A DNA stretch of 64,000 nucleotides from Minisyncoccia bacterium (GTDB lineage Bacteria > Patescibacteriota > Minisyncoccia > Phycocordibacterales > DATDWN01). The notes below the pieces were generated by a model that made no database searches, was not told where the DNA came from, and was given only the letters and a program-made list of their open reading frames with translations. The position numbers were made by a program, and so were the translations under genes. Below, piece after piece: positions 55,862 to 64,000 of this stretch. The stretch spans positions 15,112 to 79,111 of the forward strand of contig JBAQTF010000015.1 in NCBI GenBank assembly GCA_049296855.1. The letters run 5' to 3'. Numbering within the stretch: position 1 is the first letter of the stretch; every line of letters begins with the position of its first letter.

Positions 55862-56584
55862 ATGAAAAACTCTAACGGGATAAATTGGAAAAAGTATTTC
55901 TTTTCGTTTGTAATTACAGTGATTATTTTTGCTACAGCTATATTGCTTTCCAATTATTTCGCCCAAAAAAGAGTAGTGGAAATAAGAAGCATACAGGACA
56001 AAATAGCCATAGATACTCTGTCCTCTGAGACTCAGTTCTCTCTACTAGAGGAATCATCATGTAAAGATGTTGGAGCTGGAACATTATCTACTGAACTTGG
56101 AAGTCTTGAGGAAAAACTTTCATATACAGAAAGTGAACGTGGTGAGACGGACCCAGAGGTTCAGAGTTTAAAAAAGTATTATTTTCTACTTGAAATAAAA
56201 GACTACTTATTGATGAAAAGGATTAATGAGAAATGCAAAAAAGACCCACTGTCTATTATCTATTTCTACGGATTGGAGGATAAATGTGATGATTGCCAGA
56301 AAGAGGGATATGTATTAACGCATCTTCGAGAACAATATCCAGAACTTCGTGTATACTCCTTCGATTACAATACTGACCTCTCTGCAGTCAAAACTCTTAT
56401 TTCAATAAACAAAGTTAAAAATGAATTGCCGGCAATAATCATAAAAGACTTGATACATTATGGTTTTCAAAGTGTTGAAAATCTAGAAAAAGCAGTCCCA
56501 GAACTCCAGGTACTAAAAAAAGCAAAAGAAGCTGAGGCAAAAATGGCTACGACGACAAAAAATAGTCCTACCCCCCAAATTTAA
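55862..56584 (+). CDS. Hypothetical membrane-anchored protein with a CxxC thioredoxin-like region.
   Basis: It has an N-terminal TM helix and a CDDC motif in the context FYGLEDKCDDCQKEGYVL. Confidence 0.4.
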   Translation: MKNSNGINWKKYFFSFVITVIIFATAILLSNYFAQKRVVEIRSIQDKIAIDTLSSETQFSLLEESSCKDVGAGTLSTELGSLEEKLSYTESERGETDPEVQSLKKYYFLLEIKDYLLMKRINEKCKKDPLSIIYFYGLEDKCDDCQKEGYVLTHLREQYPELRVYSFDYNTDLSAVKTLISINKVKNELPAIIIKDLIHYGFQSVENLEKAVPELQVLKKAKEAEAKMATTTKNSPTPQI

Positions 56585-56732
56585 ACCCGAACCAGATTCC
56601 CAAAAAACCACCTATAGCACTTCCTAGTACCCCACTCATCGAGAACAAACTACTGTCCCAAAGTGACGGAATAAAACCACCAATAGTTGAACCGAGAAAG
56701 AGACCAAGCCAAATTAATTTACTACGATCCAT
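56568..56732 (-). CDS. Small Gly-zipper membrane protein of 54 aa (GlsB/YeaQ/YmgE-like), below the 60-aa cutoff of the ORF track.
   Basis: The sequence is MDRSKLIWLGLFLGSTIGGFIPSLWDSSLFSMSGVLGSAIGGFLGIWFGFKFGG. Its 3' end overlaps the convergent upstream gene by 17 nt. Confidence 0.35.
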   Translation of the reverse strand: MDRSKLIWLGLFLGSTIGGFIPSLWDSSLFSMSGVLGSAIGGFLGIWFGFKFGG

Positions 56733-56795
56733 GCGAGTATTCTAACATAAAAGTTTTACCTTCCTGCAAAATCGATACACTTTGTCGATTTTTTC

Positions 56796-56871
56796 TGGAG
56801 CCACCTGTCAGGTTCGAACTGACGACCTGCCGTTTACAAAACGGCTGCTCTACCAACTGAGCTAAGGTGGC
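56796..56871 (-). tRNA. tRNA-Thr, anticodon UGU.
   Basis: Hand-folded as a cloverleaf, it has an acceptor stem GCCACCT/AGGTGGC, D-arm GCTC/GAGC, anticodon stem GCCGT/ACGGC with loop TTTGTAA, T-arm GTCAG-TTCGAAC-CTGAC, and an encoded CCA. Confidence 0.85.
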
Positions 56872-56922
56872 ATAAAACAAAAACAATTCTACAAATCTAA
56901 CATTCTCACGTACTTTTTTCAA

Positions 56923-57303
56923 CTACACTTTATGGACATCTGTATTGGATTTGTCATCTGATAGTCTCTCAAGAAAAAAAGAGACTGATCCATTATTTCG
57001 CAATATCTTTCTTCCACGAAAATTATCCCCAGCACTGTAGTATTTTTTTGAAACAAAATCTTTCATCTTTACCAGAAGCTCATAAAGATAAGATGGAAGG
57101 AATTCAAAAACGAATATCTCAATGATTTTTTTGTAACGATAATACTTGAAAGTAACCACGCTAATAGTTTTGTGTATCTTCTCGTCTCCTTTTGTAAAAA
57201 TCTTAGCAAGAAAATGTATCTTACGGACTTTTATCTCAAACACTTTTGAAGCAATCATTATGCCTATCCCAAACATAGAAACAATAAACAATATAATTGT
57301 CAT
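56923..57303 (-). CDS. Hypothetical membrane protein of 126 aa.
   Basis: It has an N-terminal TM helix and no motif. Confidence 0.4.
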   Translation of the reverse strand: MTIILFIVSMFGIGIMIASKVFEIKVRKIHFLAKIFTKGDEKIHKTISVVTFKYYRYKKIIEIFVFEFLPSYLYELLVKMKDFVSKKYYSAGDNFRGRKILRNNGSVSFFLERLSDDKSNTDVHKV

Positions 57304-57314
57304 ATTAAGTATGA

Positions 57315-57818
57315 TTATTTAGAAACTGAGTATCTAACGAAACGTGAGACTTCTATATTCTCACCAAACTTCTGAACAGCACCTTGTATTAGCTTTGTAA
57401 TGGTAACTTCCGGATTTTTAATAAATGGCTGATTTAGCAAGACACTTTCAGGGTCAATCTCTGCACCAGTTTCATCTGCCTTTAGAAATTGTGGATTAAC
57501 TGCTGTGATATGCATGGCTATGTCCCGAGCGAGTTTTTTAAACTCATCATTATTAGCTACAAAATCAGTCTCACACAAAACTTCCACCATGGTTCCAACA
57601 GTGCCTGTAGAATGCATATAGGCTTCAACACGGCCAGCTCCTAGTGTCCTCTCACCTTTCTTTCCAGCTATTTCAGCACTTCTTTCGGCAAGTAAGGCGA
57701 CGGCTTTTTCCATGTCGCCACCCACCTCTTCTAGTGCCTTTTTGCACTGCATGACAGAAATGCCCGTCTTGTCACGCAACTCTTTAACAAGCTCTGTTGT
57801 AATTACCATAATCATCAT
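57315..57818 (-). CDS. tsf: Elongation factor Ts (short form).
   Basis: It has the N-terminal UBA-like region ITTELVKELRDKTGISVMQCKKALEE and TDFVA, and is downstream of rpsB. Confidence 0.9.
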   Translation of the reverse strand: MMIMVITTELVKELRDKTGISVMQCKKALEEVGGDMEKAVALLAERSAEIAGKKGERTLGAGRVEAYMHSTGTVGTMVEVLCETDFVANNDEFKKLARDIAMHITAVNPQFLKADETGAEIDPESVLLNQPFIKNPEVTITKLIQGAVQKFGENIEVSRFVRYSVSK

Positions 57819-57829
57819 TATATCAAAGA

Positions 57830-58558
57830 TTAAACAGTAGTAGTAGGTTTCCTCAACTGACCTGCTTTATAGCTTTCTGCTATTTTCTTTAGGAAAAACT
57901 CAATACTTGTGCGGCTAGCATCGTTTCCAGGGATTGGAAATTCAACTTCGTTTAGATTGTTATCTGTACCACAGAGAGCAATGACAGGAATTCCCATTTT
58001 CTGTGCCTCCTTCACTGCAATAAACTCTTTCTTAGCGTCTACAACAAAAACCGCTTGTGGAAGATTCTTCATAACAGAAAGTCCGAAGAAAAACTCTCGA
58101 AGTTTGTCAACCTCACGGTCAATCAAAAGTCTCTCCTTCTTTGTGTATTTTGAAAGCTCACCTTTCTCCTTTTGTGATACCCATGACTCAAGCTTTTCTA
58201 CTCTTTTTCGGATTTGAGGAAAATTTGTCAAAGTTCCACCAATAAATCGTCCAGCAACATATGGCATATTTATACTCTCAGCAACAGCTACAATAGCTGA
58301 TCTTGCCTCGTTTTTACCACTAACAAATATGATTTTCGCATTCTTTGAACCTAATTCTTCGATAAATTCTAAAGCTTTATTCAGAGAATCGCTTGTCTTC
58401 TCTAGGTCAAAAATCTCGATTTTGTTCTTGATTCCAAAAATGAATGGCTTATTAGATGGATGTCGTCTAGATTTAATAAATCCAAAATGAGCTCCAGCAG
58501 AAAAAAGCCCATCAATCAGGGCAGAATCCATATGTAAAGTATTGTCTGTTTTTGTCAT
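57830..58558 (-). CDS. rpsB: 30S ribosomal protein S2.
   Basis: The N-terminus GAHFGFIKSRRHPSNKPFIFG and the rpsB-tsf synteny support the call. Confidence 0.95.
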   Translation of the reverse strand: MTKTDNTLHMDSALIDGLFSAGAHFGFIKSRRHPSNKPFIFGIKNKIEIFDLEKTSDSLNKALEFIEELGSKNAKIIFVSGKNEARSAIVAVAESINMPYVAGRFIGGTLTNFPQIRKRVEKLESWVSQKEKGELSKYTKKERLLIDREVDKLREFFFGLSVMKNLPQAVFVVDAKKEFIAVKEAQKMGIPVIALCGTDNNLNEVEFPIPGNDASRTSIEFFLKKIAESYKAGQLRKPTTTV

Positions 58559-58616
58559 GTGCGAGGCTAAGTCTAGCAGAAAGTCCGCGGTGATGCAACC
58601 TTAGGAAAATAGAAAA

Positions 58617-58640
58617 ACGCCCCCTCACACGAGAAGGCGT
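58617..58640 (-). terminator. Intrinsic terminator for the gene at 58660-59061.
   Basis: The stem ACGCC..CTC/GAG..GGCGT is followed by TTTTTCTATTT on the minus strand. Confidence 0.45.
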
Positions 58641-58659
58641 CTGTTTCCCCATCCCTTAC

Positions 58660-59061
58660 TCAGCGACAGTAAAGGTTATCTAAACCACCCTTCCTTTCGT
58701 AAATAAAGTTAGTCACCTGGTACTTTGTCAGGTAACAACCTTGTACGACCATAAATATTATGTGAGTATCCACGTCCTGGACTCCCAAAGCCACATTTGT
58801 GCTTTGGACATCATTTGTTGGGGTAGTTCCAGAATTATAGTACGATGATTGCCCAACCACAATTTCTACCTCGTATACACCAGATGACTGCCCGAACTTG
58901 ACTACTGGGCCGACGGAATCACCATTGATTACAAACTGAACGTTCTTGTGCACTGGGTCTCCAAGATTCCACCCTGAAACTTGGAACTTCGAGGTAATCT
59001 CCCTGCTACACCCATTCAAACCCAAACTCACCGCTACGATAAAGACAATTGTCTTTTTCAT
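58660..59061 (-). CDS. Putative lipoprotein of 133 aa.
   Basis: It has a signal peptide with a lipobox-like LNGC. The mature part is hydrophilic, and GC is elevated. Confidence 0.5.
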   Translation of the reverse strand: MKKTIVFIVAVSLGLNGCSREITSKFQVSGWNLGDPVHKNVQFVINGDSVGPVVKFGQSSGVYEVEIVVGQSSYYNSGTTPTNDVQSTNVALGVQDVDTHIIFMVVQGCYLTKYQVTNFIYERKGGLDNLYCR

Positions 59062-59182
59062 ATCAATCTCTCCCTGAAAGTTGATTCGCTACGAAATCTA
59101 CAAAGGACTATACATTTAATGAAAATGTTTGTCAATAATTTTTATACTTCAAAAGAGCCTATTTTTAGGGCTTTTCTAGTGA

Positions 59183-60163
59183 TTATTCTGAGTCTTCTCC
59201 TTCTACTGCTTCCCCATTAAAATTAGTCATCTCTTCCAAAATTGGTTCAATGCCCCCATCCAAAATCTTCTCAATATTATGCCAGGATTGTTTAATGCGA
59301 TGGTCGGTAATGCGATCTTGGAGAATGTTGTATGTACGAATTTTTTCTGAACGGTCAGCTGTTCCAATCTGTGATTTTCTGTTAGCTGAGTGTTTTGCGT
59401 CCTCCTCTTCATCCTTTTTTGCTTGTAATTTTGCAATTAGAATACTCATGGCCATTTCCTTATTTTTCAATTGATTTCTTTGTGAGGTCGAACGAACATC
59501 AATACCCGTTGGTTTGTGTATGATGCGCACAGCAGTCTCAACTTTGTTTACGTTCTGTCCACCGGCTCCACCTGAACGACTAGTTTCTATTTCAATATCA
59601 GATGGTTTGATTTCGATATTTGTTTTCTTTCGTACAGGAAGCACAGCAACTGTTGCAGTTGACGTGTGAACACGTCCCATTTTCTCTGTTGCTGGAATTC
59701 TCTGAACGCGATGGACACCGGTTTCATACCTTAATTTTTTATAGACATCTTTTCCTCGTATTTCAAACGAAGCCTCTTTGTACCCACCAACAGCGCTCCT
59801 CGACTCATCTACAGAAGTCACTCCCCACCCTTGGTTTTCCGCGTATCTGGTATACATATGAGCCAAATCTTCGGCAAAAATGGAAGCTTCTTCCCCTCCA
59901 GCCCCAGCACGGACTTCAAGGATAACTTCGTTCGGAAATTCTTCCTCTTTTTCATCTTCCTCTAAAATGCCGACCATCTGTTTCATTATCTCTTCTTTCT
60001 GTATATTAAGAGATTCAAGTTCACTAAAAGCAAGTTCGGAAAGAGCCGGATCATGTTTAATCATATCTTCTGTTGCAAACGCTTCATCATCAAGCTTCTT
60101 ATACAGACCAGCAAGATAAGCTGTCTTTGGGTTTTGTAAGTATTTTTCTAAGTCCATAATCAT
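59183..60163 (-). CDS. prfA: Peptide chain release factor 1.
   Basis: It has the GGQ motif ([17 protein letters not shown]) and the PAT tripeptide (RIPATE) of RF1. The start was chosen at MIMDLEKY. Confidence 0.85.
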   Translation of the reverse strand: MIMDLEKYLQNPKTAYLAGLYKKLDDEAFATEDMIKHDPALSELAFSELESLNIQKEEIMKQMVGILEEDEKEEEFPNEVILEVRAGAGGEEASIFAEDLAHMYTRYAENQGWGVTSVDESRSAVGGYKEASFEIRGKDVYKKLRYETGVHRVQRIPATEKMGRVHTSTATVAVLPVRKKTNIEIKPSDIEIETSRSGGAGGQNVNKVETAVRIIHKPTGIDVRSTSQRNQLKNKEMAMSILIAKLQAKKDEEEDAKHSANRKSQIGTADRSEKIRTYNILQDRITDHRIKQSWHNIEKILDGGIEPILEEMTNFNGEAVEGEDSE

Positions 60164-60312
60164 ATTAAGTTTAACATAACAAAAATAACCAAGTTTCGTT
60201 GACTCGTAACTTTTCTGGAACATCGCGGAGTGAGTGTATCACGAGCGCGAAGAAAAATTTTAGCAAAAATTTATTCTGTTTCCAGAAAAGTTACGAGGAG
60301 AAAGAAACTTGG

Positions 60313-60579
60313 TTATTTCTTCGAAGCTTTCGCCTTTGCAACTCGAGCTTTAAATTTCTCTGCTCTACCAGCAGTATCGAGAGTTTTTTCGTTTCCAGTG
60401 TAAAAAGGGTGTGAAGCTGAAGAGACTTCGAGTCGGAAGACTGGATACTCTTTCTTGTCAGATTTTGCCTTTGCAGTCTCTGTGGTGTGAACAGTAGACG
60501 CCACAATAAATTCGGCACTATTACTGTTGTCGATAAATAGGACTGGTCTATAGTTTTGTGGATGTATTTCCTTTTTCAT
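60313..60579 (-). CDS. rpmE: 50S ribosomal protein L31.
   Basis: MKKEIHPQNYRPV...SSASHPFYTGNEK matches bL31. Confidence 0.85.
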   Translation of the reverse strand: MKKEIHPQNYRPVLFIDNSNSAEFIVASTVHTTETAKAKSDKKEYPVFRLEVSSASHPFYTGNEKTLDTAGRAEKFKARVAKAKASKK

Positions 60580-60638
60580 TACCTTTTCTATTACTTTGAC
60601 AGACTACCAAAAAAGCCTTATTTTTGCAATAGAATCGC

Positions 60639-61082
60639 TTATTCTGACTTTGACTGCAAATTCCCTCTTAAAGTCTTGCTACTAAGATAAAGTGAGAACA
60701 TGGCCAAGACTGACAACAAAATGTTTACGTAAAAAAATAATTTTGTGTAAGGCCCGTTATAAGATATGATCATTTCATATCCGAAAAACAACAGAGAAAT
60801 TACAGACGCAGCAAAATCAAAATATAAGACGTCCTTTGATTTTGGGTTAGTAAATCCAGCAAGTACTGAAAGCACCAGCACTGCAAAAATCGATACATCG
60901 GCCGGAAAAGGTAGATCATTTTTAACAAAAGGTGTGGCGACAAGCATCACTACTGCCATCACGACATACAGTATCCTCGTTGTATCACCGTAGTAGTGCA
61001 TGGATTTCAGTTCCCTCTCTGCACTTTTCTCTTTAAAACTTTCTATTTTATCGTTTGGTTCCATAGGAGTATGATACCACAA
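60639..61082 (-). CDS. Hypothetical membrane protein of 147 aa.
   Basis: It has four TM helices and no motif. Confidence 0.45.
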   Translation of the reverse strand: MWYHTPMEPNDKIESFKEKSAERELKSMHYYGDTTRILYVVMAVVMLVATPFVKNDLPFPADVSIFAVLVLSVLAGFTNPKSKDVLYFDFAASVISLLFFGYEMIISYNGPYTKLFFYVNILLSVLAMFSLYLSSKTLRGNLQSKSE

Positions 61083-61084
61083 CC

Positions 61085-62440
61085 TTACCGCCTAGAAATA
61101 CCATATTCATTTAGGTAATCAATGTCACTTTGAATACTAGTTTTTAATTTCATTACACTCTTTCCATATGTACAGGTTGAACCACCGCTTCCGTAGTATT
61201 TACAAGCCGCTCTGGTCTCTCCACTATACGTACCACTGTTAGCACCCAAGTCACCCAAGTACATAGCTGAAGCCGTAAAGGCATCTTCAGCGTACCAAGG
61301 ATTAGCCTCGTGTCCCAAAGCAGTTTTTAGTCGCTCCTCAAATATCTTCCATGTCGAAGGTATAAACTGTGCTGGACCCATCGCACCACCATAACCACCG
61401 GCAGATGGAATCGGACAAGAAACAACAGTTTTAAAAGGGTCGAAACCAAGTTTTCCGGTAATTTCCAAGAAAGGCGAAACATCTCGACTGACTTTCATAA
61501 GGTTTAACCAGACACGCCCAGAATCAATATTCACTCCAGCGCCCGTTGTTTTGTCTGTTAGATAACACTTTCCAACGTTTGAACCCAGGTTACTTTCCTG
61601 AGTGAGAATAGCTAAAAGAAATGCCGGGCTGACTCCAGTTCTGGTTGATGCTTCCTGCGCGTAACCCAAAGCTGTTCCGAAAGGAATAGCGGCACTTCCT
61701 CCAGCAAGTTTGAAGAGTTTCGCACGTATTTCAGAAGCTTTTGCCTGTCTATCAGCAATCACTTGAGCGTAAGTTTTTTCCTGAGTTTTATTTACAGTTA
61801 TTAAATACTCTTTCTCTTTTTCGTTCGCTTGAACTTTCTTTTTATCGGCCTCCGCAGAAGCTTTTGTGTCAGTTTCTTTATCTTTTTGTTTATCTAATAC
61901 TGCCTTTTCTTTTTCTGTTAAATCTTTTGTTGCTCGAATCTGAATAAATAAATCTTTTAGTGACCTGTTCACAGATTGAAATGTATCTATATCACTAAAA
62001 AAGTCAGATATATTTTTATTACCAAGAAGAACCTCTGGTAGACTATATGAGTCTATTTCATTTGTCTTGCGAAGTAATTGAGCTAGAGAATCGTGGCCAT
62101 TATTTATTTTTTCCTCAAGACTTTGAATGTGTGCGCTCTTATCTTTTATATCTTGGTCCAACTGAGCAATAGCAATGGTTTTTTTCTTTATGACGGCTTG
62201 GGCCTGCTTTATCTTTGCATTCAAAACTGCCGCTTCTTGTTGAAGAGAAGCTGTATTAGCTTTAGTACTATCTAACACCGCTTGCCATTTGGCTATGTCC
62301 GCCTCCGTCTGAGCAAGCTCTTCGCGCCACTGTGCCTCTTGCTCTTGTTGAGTCAGAGCAAAAACACCCGATATGGGTAATATTGACGCTAAAAATAAGA
62401 ATGTAAAGACCGAAAATAACCTTCCGCGCATGTGTTTCAT
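61085..62440 (-). CDS. Lytic transglycosylase (MltB/Slt35-like) with an N-terminal signal and a coiled coil.
   Basis: It has the catalytic region LLAILTQESNLG, YGGAMGPAQFIPSTW, and a Gln/Ala-rich coiled-coil N-terminal half. Confidence 0.7.
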   Translation of the reverse strand: MKHMRGRLFSVFTFLFLASILPISGVFALTQQEQEAQWREELAQTEADIAKWQAVLDSTKANTASLQQEAAVLNAKIKQAQAVIKKKTIAIAQLDQDIKDKSAHIQSLEEKINNGHDSLAQLLRKTNEIDSYSLPEVLLGNKNISDFFSDIDTFQSVNRSLKDLFIQIRATKDLTEKEKAVLDKQKDKETDTKASAEADKKKVQANEKEKEYLITVNKTQEKTYAQVIADRQAKASEIRAKLFKLAGGSAAIPFGTALGYAQEASTRTGVSPAFLLAILTQESNLGSNVGKCYLTDKTTGAGVNIDSGRVWLNLMKVSRDVSPFLEITGKLGFDPFKTVVSCPIPSAGGYGGAMGPAQFIPSTWKIFEERLKTALGHEANPWYAEDAFTASAMYLGDLGANSGTYSGETRAACKYYGSGGSTCTYGKSVMKLKTSIQSDIDYLNEYGISRR

Positions 62441-62497
62441 TATACTATAAACGCACAGACGTTGTGGACTAAATTAAATTACACTGATGAGATAGTT

Positions 62498-63166
62498 TTA
62501 TTCCTTCTTTTTGGCTGGGGCAGGGGGCAGAACCTCTCCTTCTCCTTCAACTTCTTTCTTACCCTTCTTTTCTACTTCAATAGTTGACAGATCGACAGGA
62601 GCTGCTTCTTCAACCTCTTCTTCCTTTGGACGAGCAGCTGATGCAACAACTTCAGTTGGAAGTTCAATAAGAGTTACACCTGTAGGCATAATTAAATCCC
62701 CTGCTAGAATTTTACTATCAAAATCAATAAGGAGAGAGGTATCTACTTTGATATTGCGAGGAATGTGTTGTGGATCAGCAGAGATTTTGATTTCATGCAA
62801 AGCTTTAATGAGACTTCCCCCAAGATCTTTTATAACAGGGGCAATTCCCACGAAATCAAGAGGAACACCAAGTTCGATTTTCTTACCTTTTTCAAATACA
62901 TAGAAATCTGCGTGGCGAGGAATGTCAGAAACTGGATCAATGTCGACAGCATGTATAAGAGTGTCGAAAGAACCTTCTGCAGTTTTGACTGTAACGACAC
63001 TAGACTCCCCAGCTGTATTCCAAACTTTCAGAAAATCCTTCTTAAGTAATGTTATAGGAGTAGAAGTTGTCTTTTTACCATAAAAAACTGCAGGCATTTT
63101 GCCCTCTTTTCGGAGAATATCTAGGTTTGCGGTCTTATCCCGCTTTTGTGCTTCCAAAATTAACAT
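62498..63166 (-). CDS. rplY: 50S ribosomal protein L25 / general stress protein Ctc.
   Basis: It has an L25 N-terminal domain (MPAVFYGKK...) and a Ctc-type C-terminal extension with an acidic/Lys tail. The start was chosen at MLILEAQKR. Confidence 0.8.
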   Translation of the reverse strand: MLILEAQKRDKTANLDILRKEGKMPAVFYGKKTTSTPITLLKKDFLKVWNTAGESSVVTVKTAEGSFDTLIHAVDIDPVSDIPRHADFYVFEKGKKIELGVPLDFVGIAPVIKDLGGSLIKALHEIKISADPQHIPRNIKVDTSLLIDFDSKILAGDLIMPTGVTLIELPTEVVASAARPKEEEVEEAAPVDLSTIEVEKKGKKEVEGEGEVLPPAPAKKKE

Positions 63167-63553
63167 GAGGGTTAGTATATAGAAAAGTGGATAAAAAATC
63201 AACTTTTATAATAGTTTTAGAGCACGCATAAATCACTGATGTGATTTTGCTCTCGCTCAACAATCAAGAAAATAATATCCTCAACTCGTAGCCTTCCCGC
63301 AAACTCGGGAGGATTACCTCTCCTCAAACAGTGCTCCAGGCTAACTCCGTTTTCATCTTTATTTTCTGATTGTCTCCGCAGTCTCCAAAACTATTACAAA
63401 AGTTGATTCGGAGAGGAATAGGGTGAAAATTCGACGAGATTTTGTTATTGGTAAATTTTTATAAACAAAGAAGCTCCACACTAGATGAAGAACGAGTTTT
63501 TCGTAGGAAAAAGCGAGTGGTCTTCGAAAAGGCTTTGTGAGAAAGAGATTTTG

Positions 63554-64000
63554 TTAAAGATTATTAAATTGTTTAAGTTTCTTCTCCACCACATCTTGAA
63601 CAGCTTTGACTGAAGGTTTGAGGAATTTGTATGGAGCGACTTCATCGGGATTTTCAGCGAGTCCTTTCATCAGACCTTGTTTATAAGCAACACGTATTTC
63701 TGTGTTGATGTGAACTATTGCAATACCGTTTGCGATGGATTGTTTAAAGTCGTCTTCAGAATTTCCTGACCCGCCGTGTAGAACGAGTGGGATACCCACA
63801 TTATCAGCGATTTGTTTTACTCTTTCTATATTTAATTTTGGATCAACTCCACCACGAAGCATGCCGTGAAAGTTCCCCACTGCCGGAGCCAACATATCAA
63901 TTCCAGTTTCCTGTACAAATTGTTTTGCTTTTTCTGGATTAGTCAAAGAACTCTCATCCAACATTACGCCATCTGGAACTTCATCCAAAATTTTTGATGA
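63554..64000 (-). CDS. fba: Class II fructose-bisphosphate aldolase. This is the C-terminal part, because the gene's 5' end lies beyond the window.
   Basis: NFHGML, LVLHGGSG and IAIVHINTE match class II FBA. The frame is open to the window edge. Confidence 0.8.
   Translation of the reverse strand, partial: SSKILDEVPDGVMLDESSLTNPEKAKQFVQETGIDMLAPAVGNFHGMLRGGVDPKLNIERVKQIADNVGIPLVLHGGSGNSEDDFKQSIANGIAIVHINTEIRVAYKQGLMKGLAENPDEVAPYKFLKPSVKAVQDVVEKKLKQFNNL

Noticed and set aside
56722-56922. 66-aa ORF that overlaps tRNA-Thr
   Set aside because: Its translation LAQLVEQ..VVSSNLTGGS is the typical artefact of reading through a tRNA gene.
1-64000. CRISPR array, rRNA genes, and transposase or integrase genes
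   Set aside because: I saw no regularly spaced direct repeats, no rRNA-like conserved stretches, and no transposase, integrase or recombinase ORFs. The only mobile-like signals are the short repeat families reported above.

Overview
This is a low-GC bacterial chromosomal segment, about 36-38% GC from spot checks of the backbone, densely packed with housekeeping genes. Gene content and architecture look like a Candidate Phyla Radiation / Patescibacteria-type genome: small proteins, a ThrRS lacking its N-terminal editing domains, a single-chain PheRS, and a NusB-Nudix fusion. Most genes lie on the minus strand. The minus-strand set includes rpoB-rpoC, dnaG-rpoD, a UvrD/AddA-like helicase-nuclease, rpsP-khpA-trmD-pif1, SMC-like, rnc, nusB-nudix, rnhB, gyrB, rpsB-tsf, prfA, rpmE, rplY and fba. 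The plus strand carries a DsbA-like protein, rnr, dnaE, thrS, pheS and a GT2 synthase. There is one tRNA, tRNA-Thr(UGU), on the minus strand at 56796-56871. I saw no rRNA and no CRISPR array. The region that looks accessory spans roughly 17.2-25.4 kb. It holds lexA, whose promoter carries a Cheo-type GAAC-N4-GTTC palindrome in the -35/-10 spacer. A second, nearly identical palindrome-in-spacer promoter sits in front of a very AT-rich two-gene cassette: an unknown 332-aa protein plus a C5 cytosine methyltransferase. The same region contains a GC-elevated island (18.7-21.6 kb) with a GIY-YIG protein, Cys-rich and basic microproteins and a prs-like gene, and an ArsR regulator with twin operators. 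Other notable structure: a GC-rich element of about 52 nt (26-nt identical core) inserted in-frame into both trmD and a Pif1-like helicase; a dispersed intergenic repeat family with core CACCACAAGGGYACTTC; a GC-rich non-coding island with its own terminator at 379-646; a terminator-containing leader just upstream of pheS; and a 170-nt inverted repeat in the rpsP/rnr divergent region. Coordinates of short motifs were read by eye and may be off by 1-2 nt.
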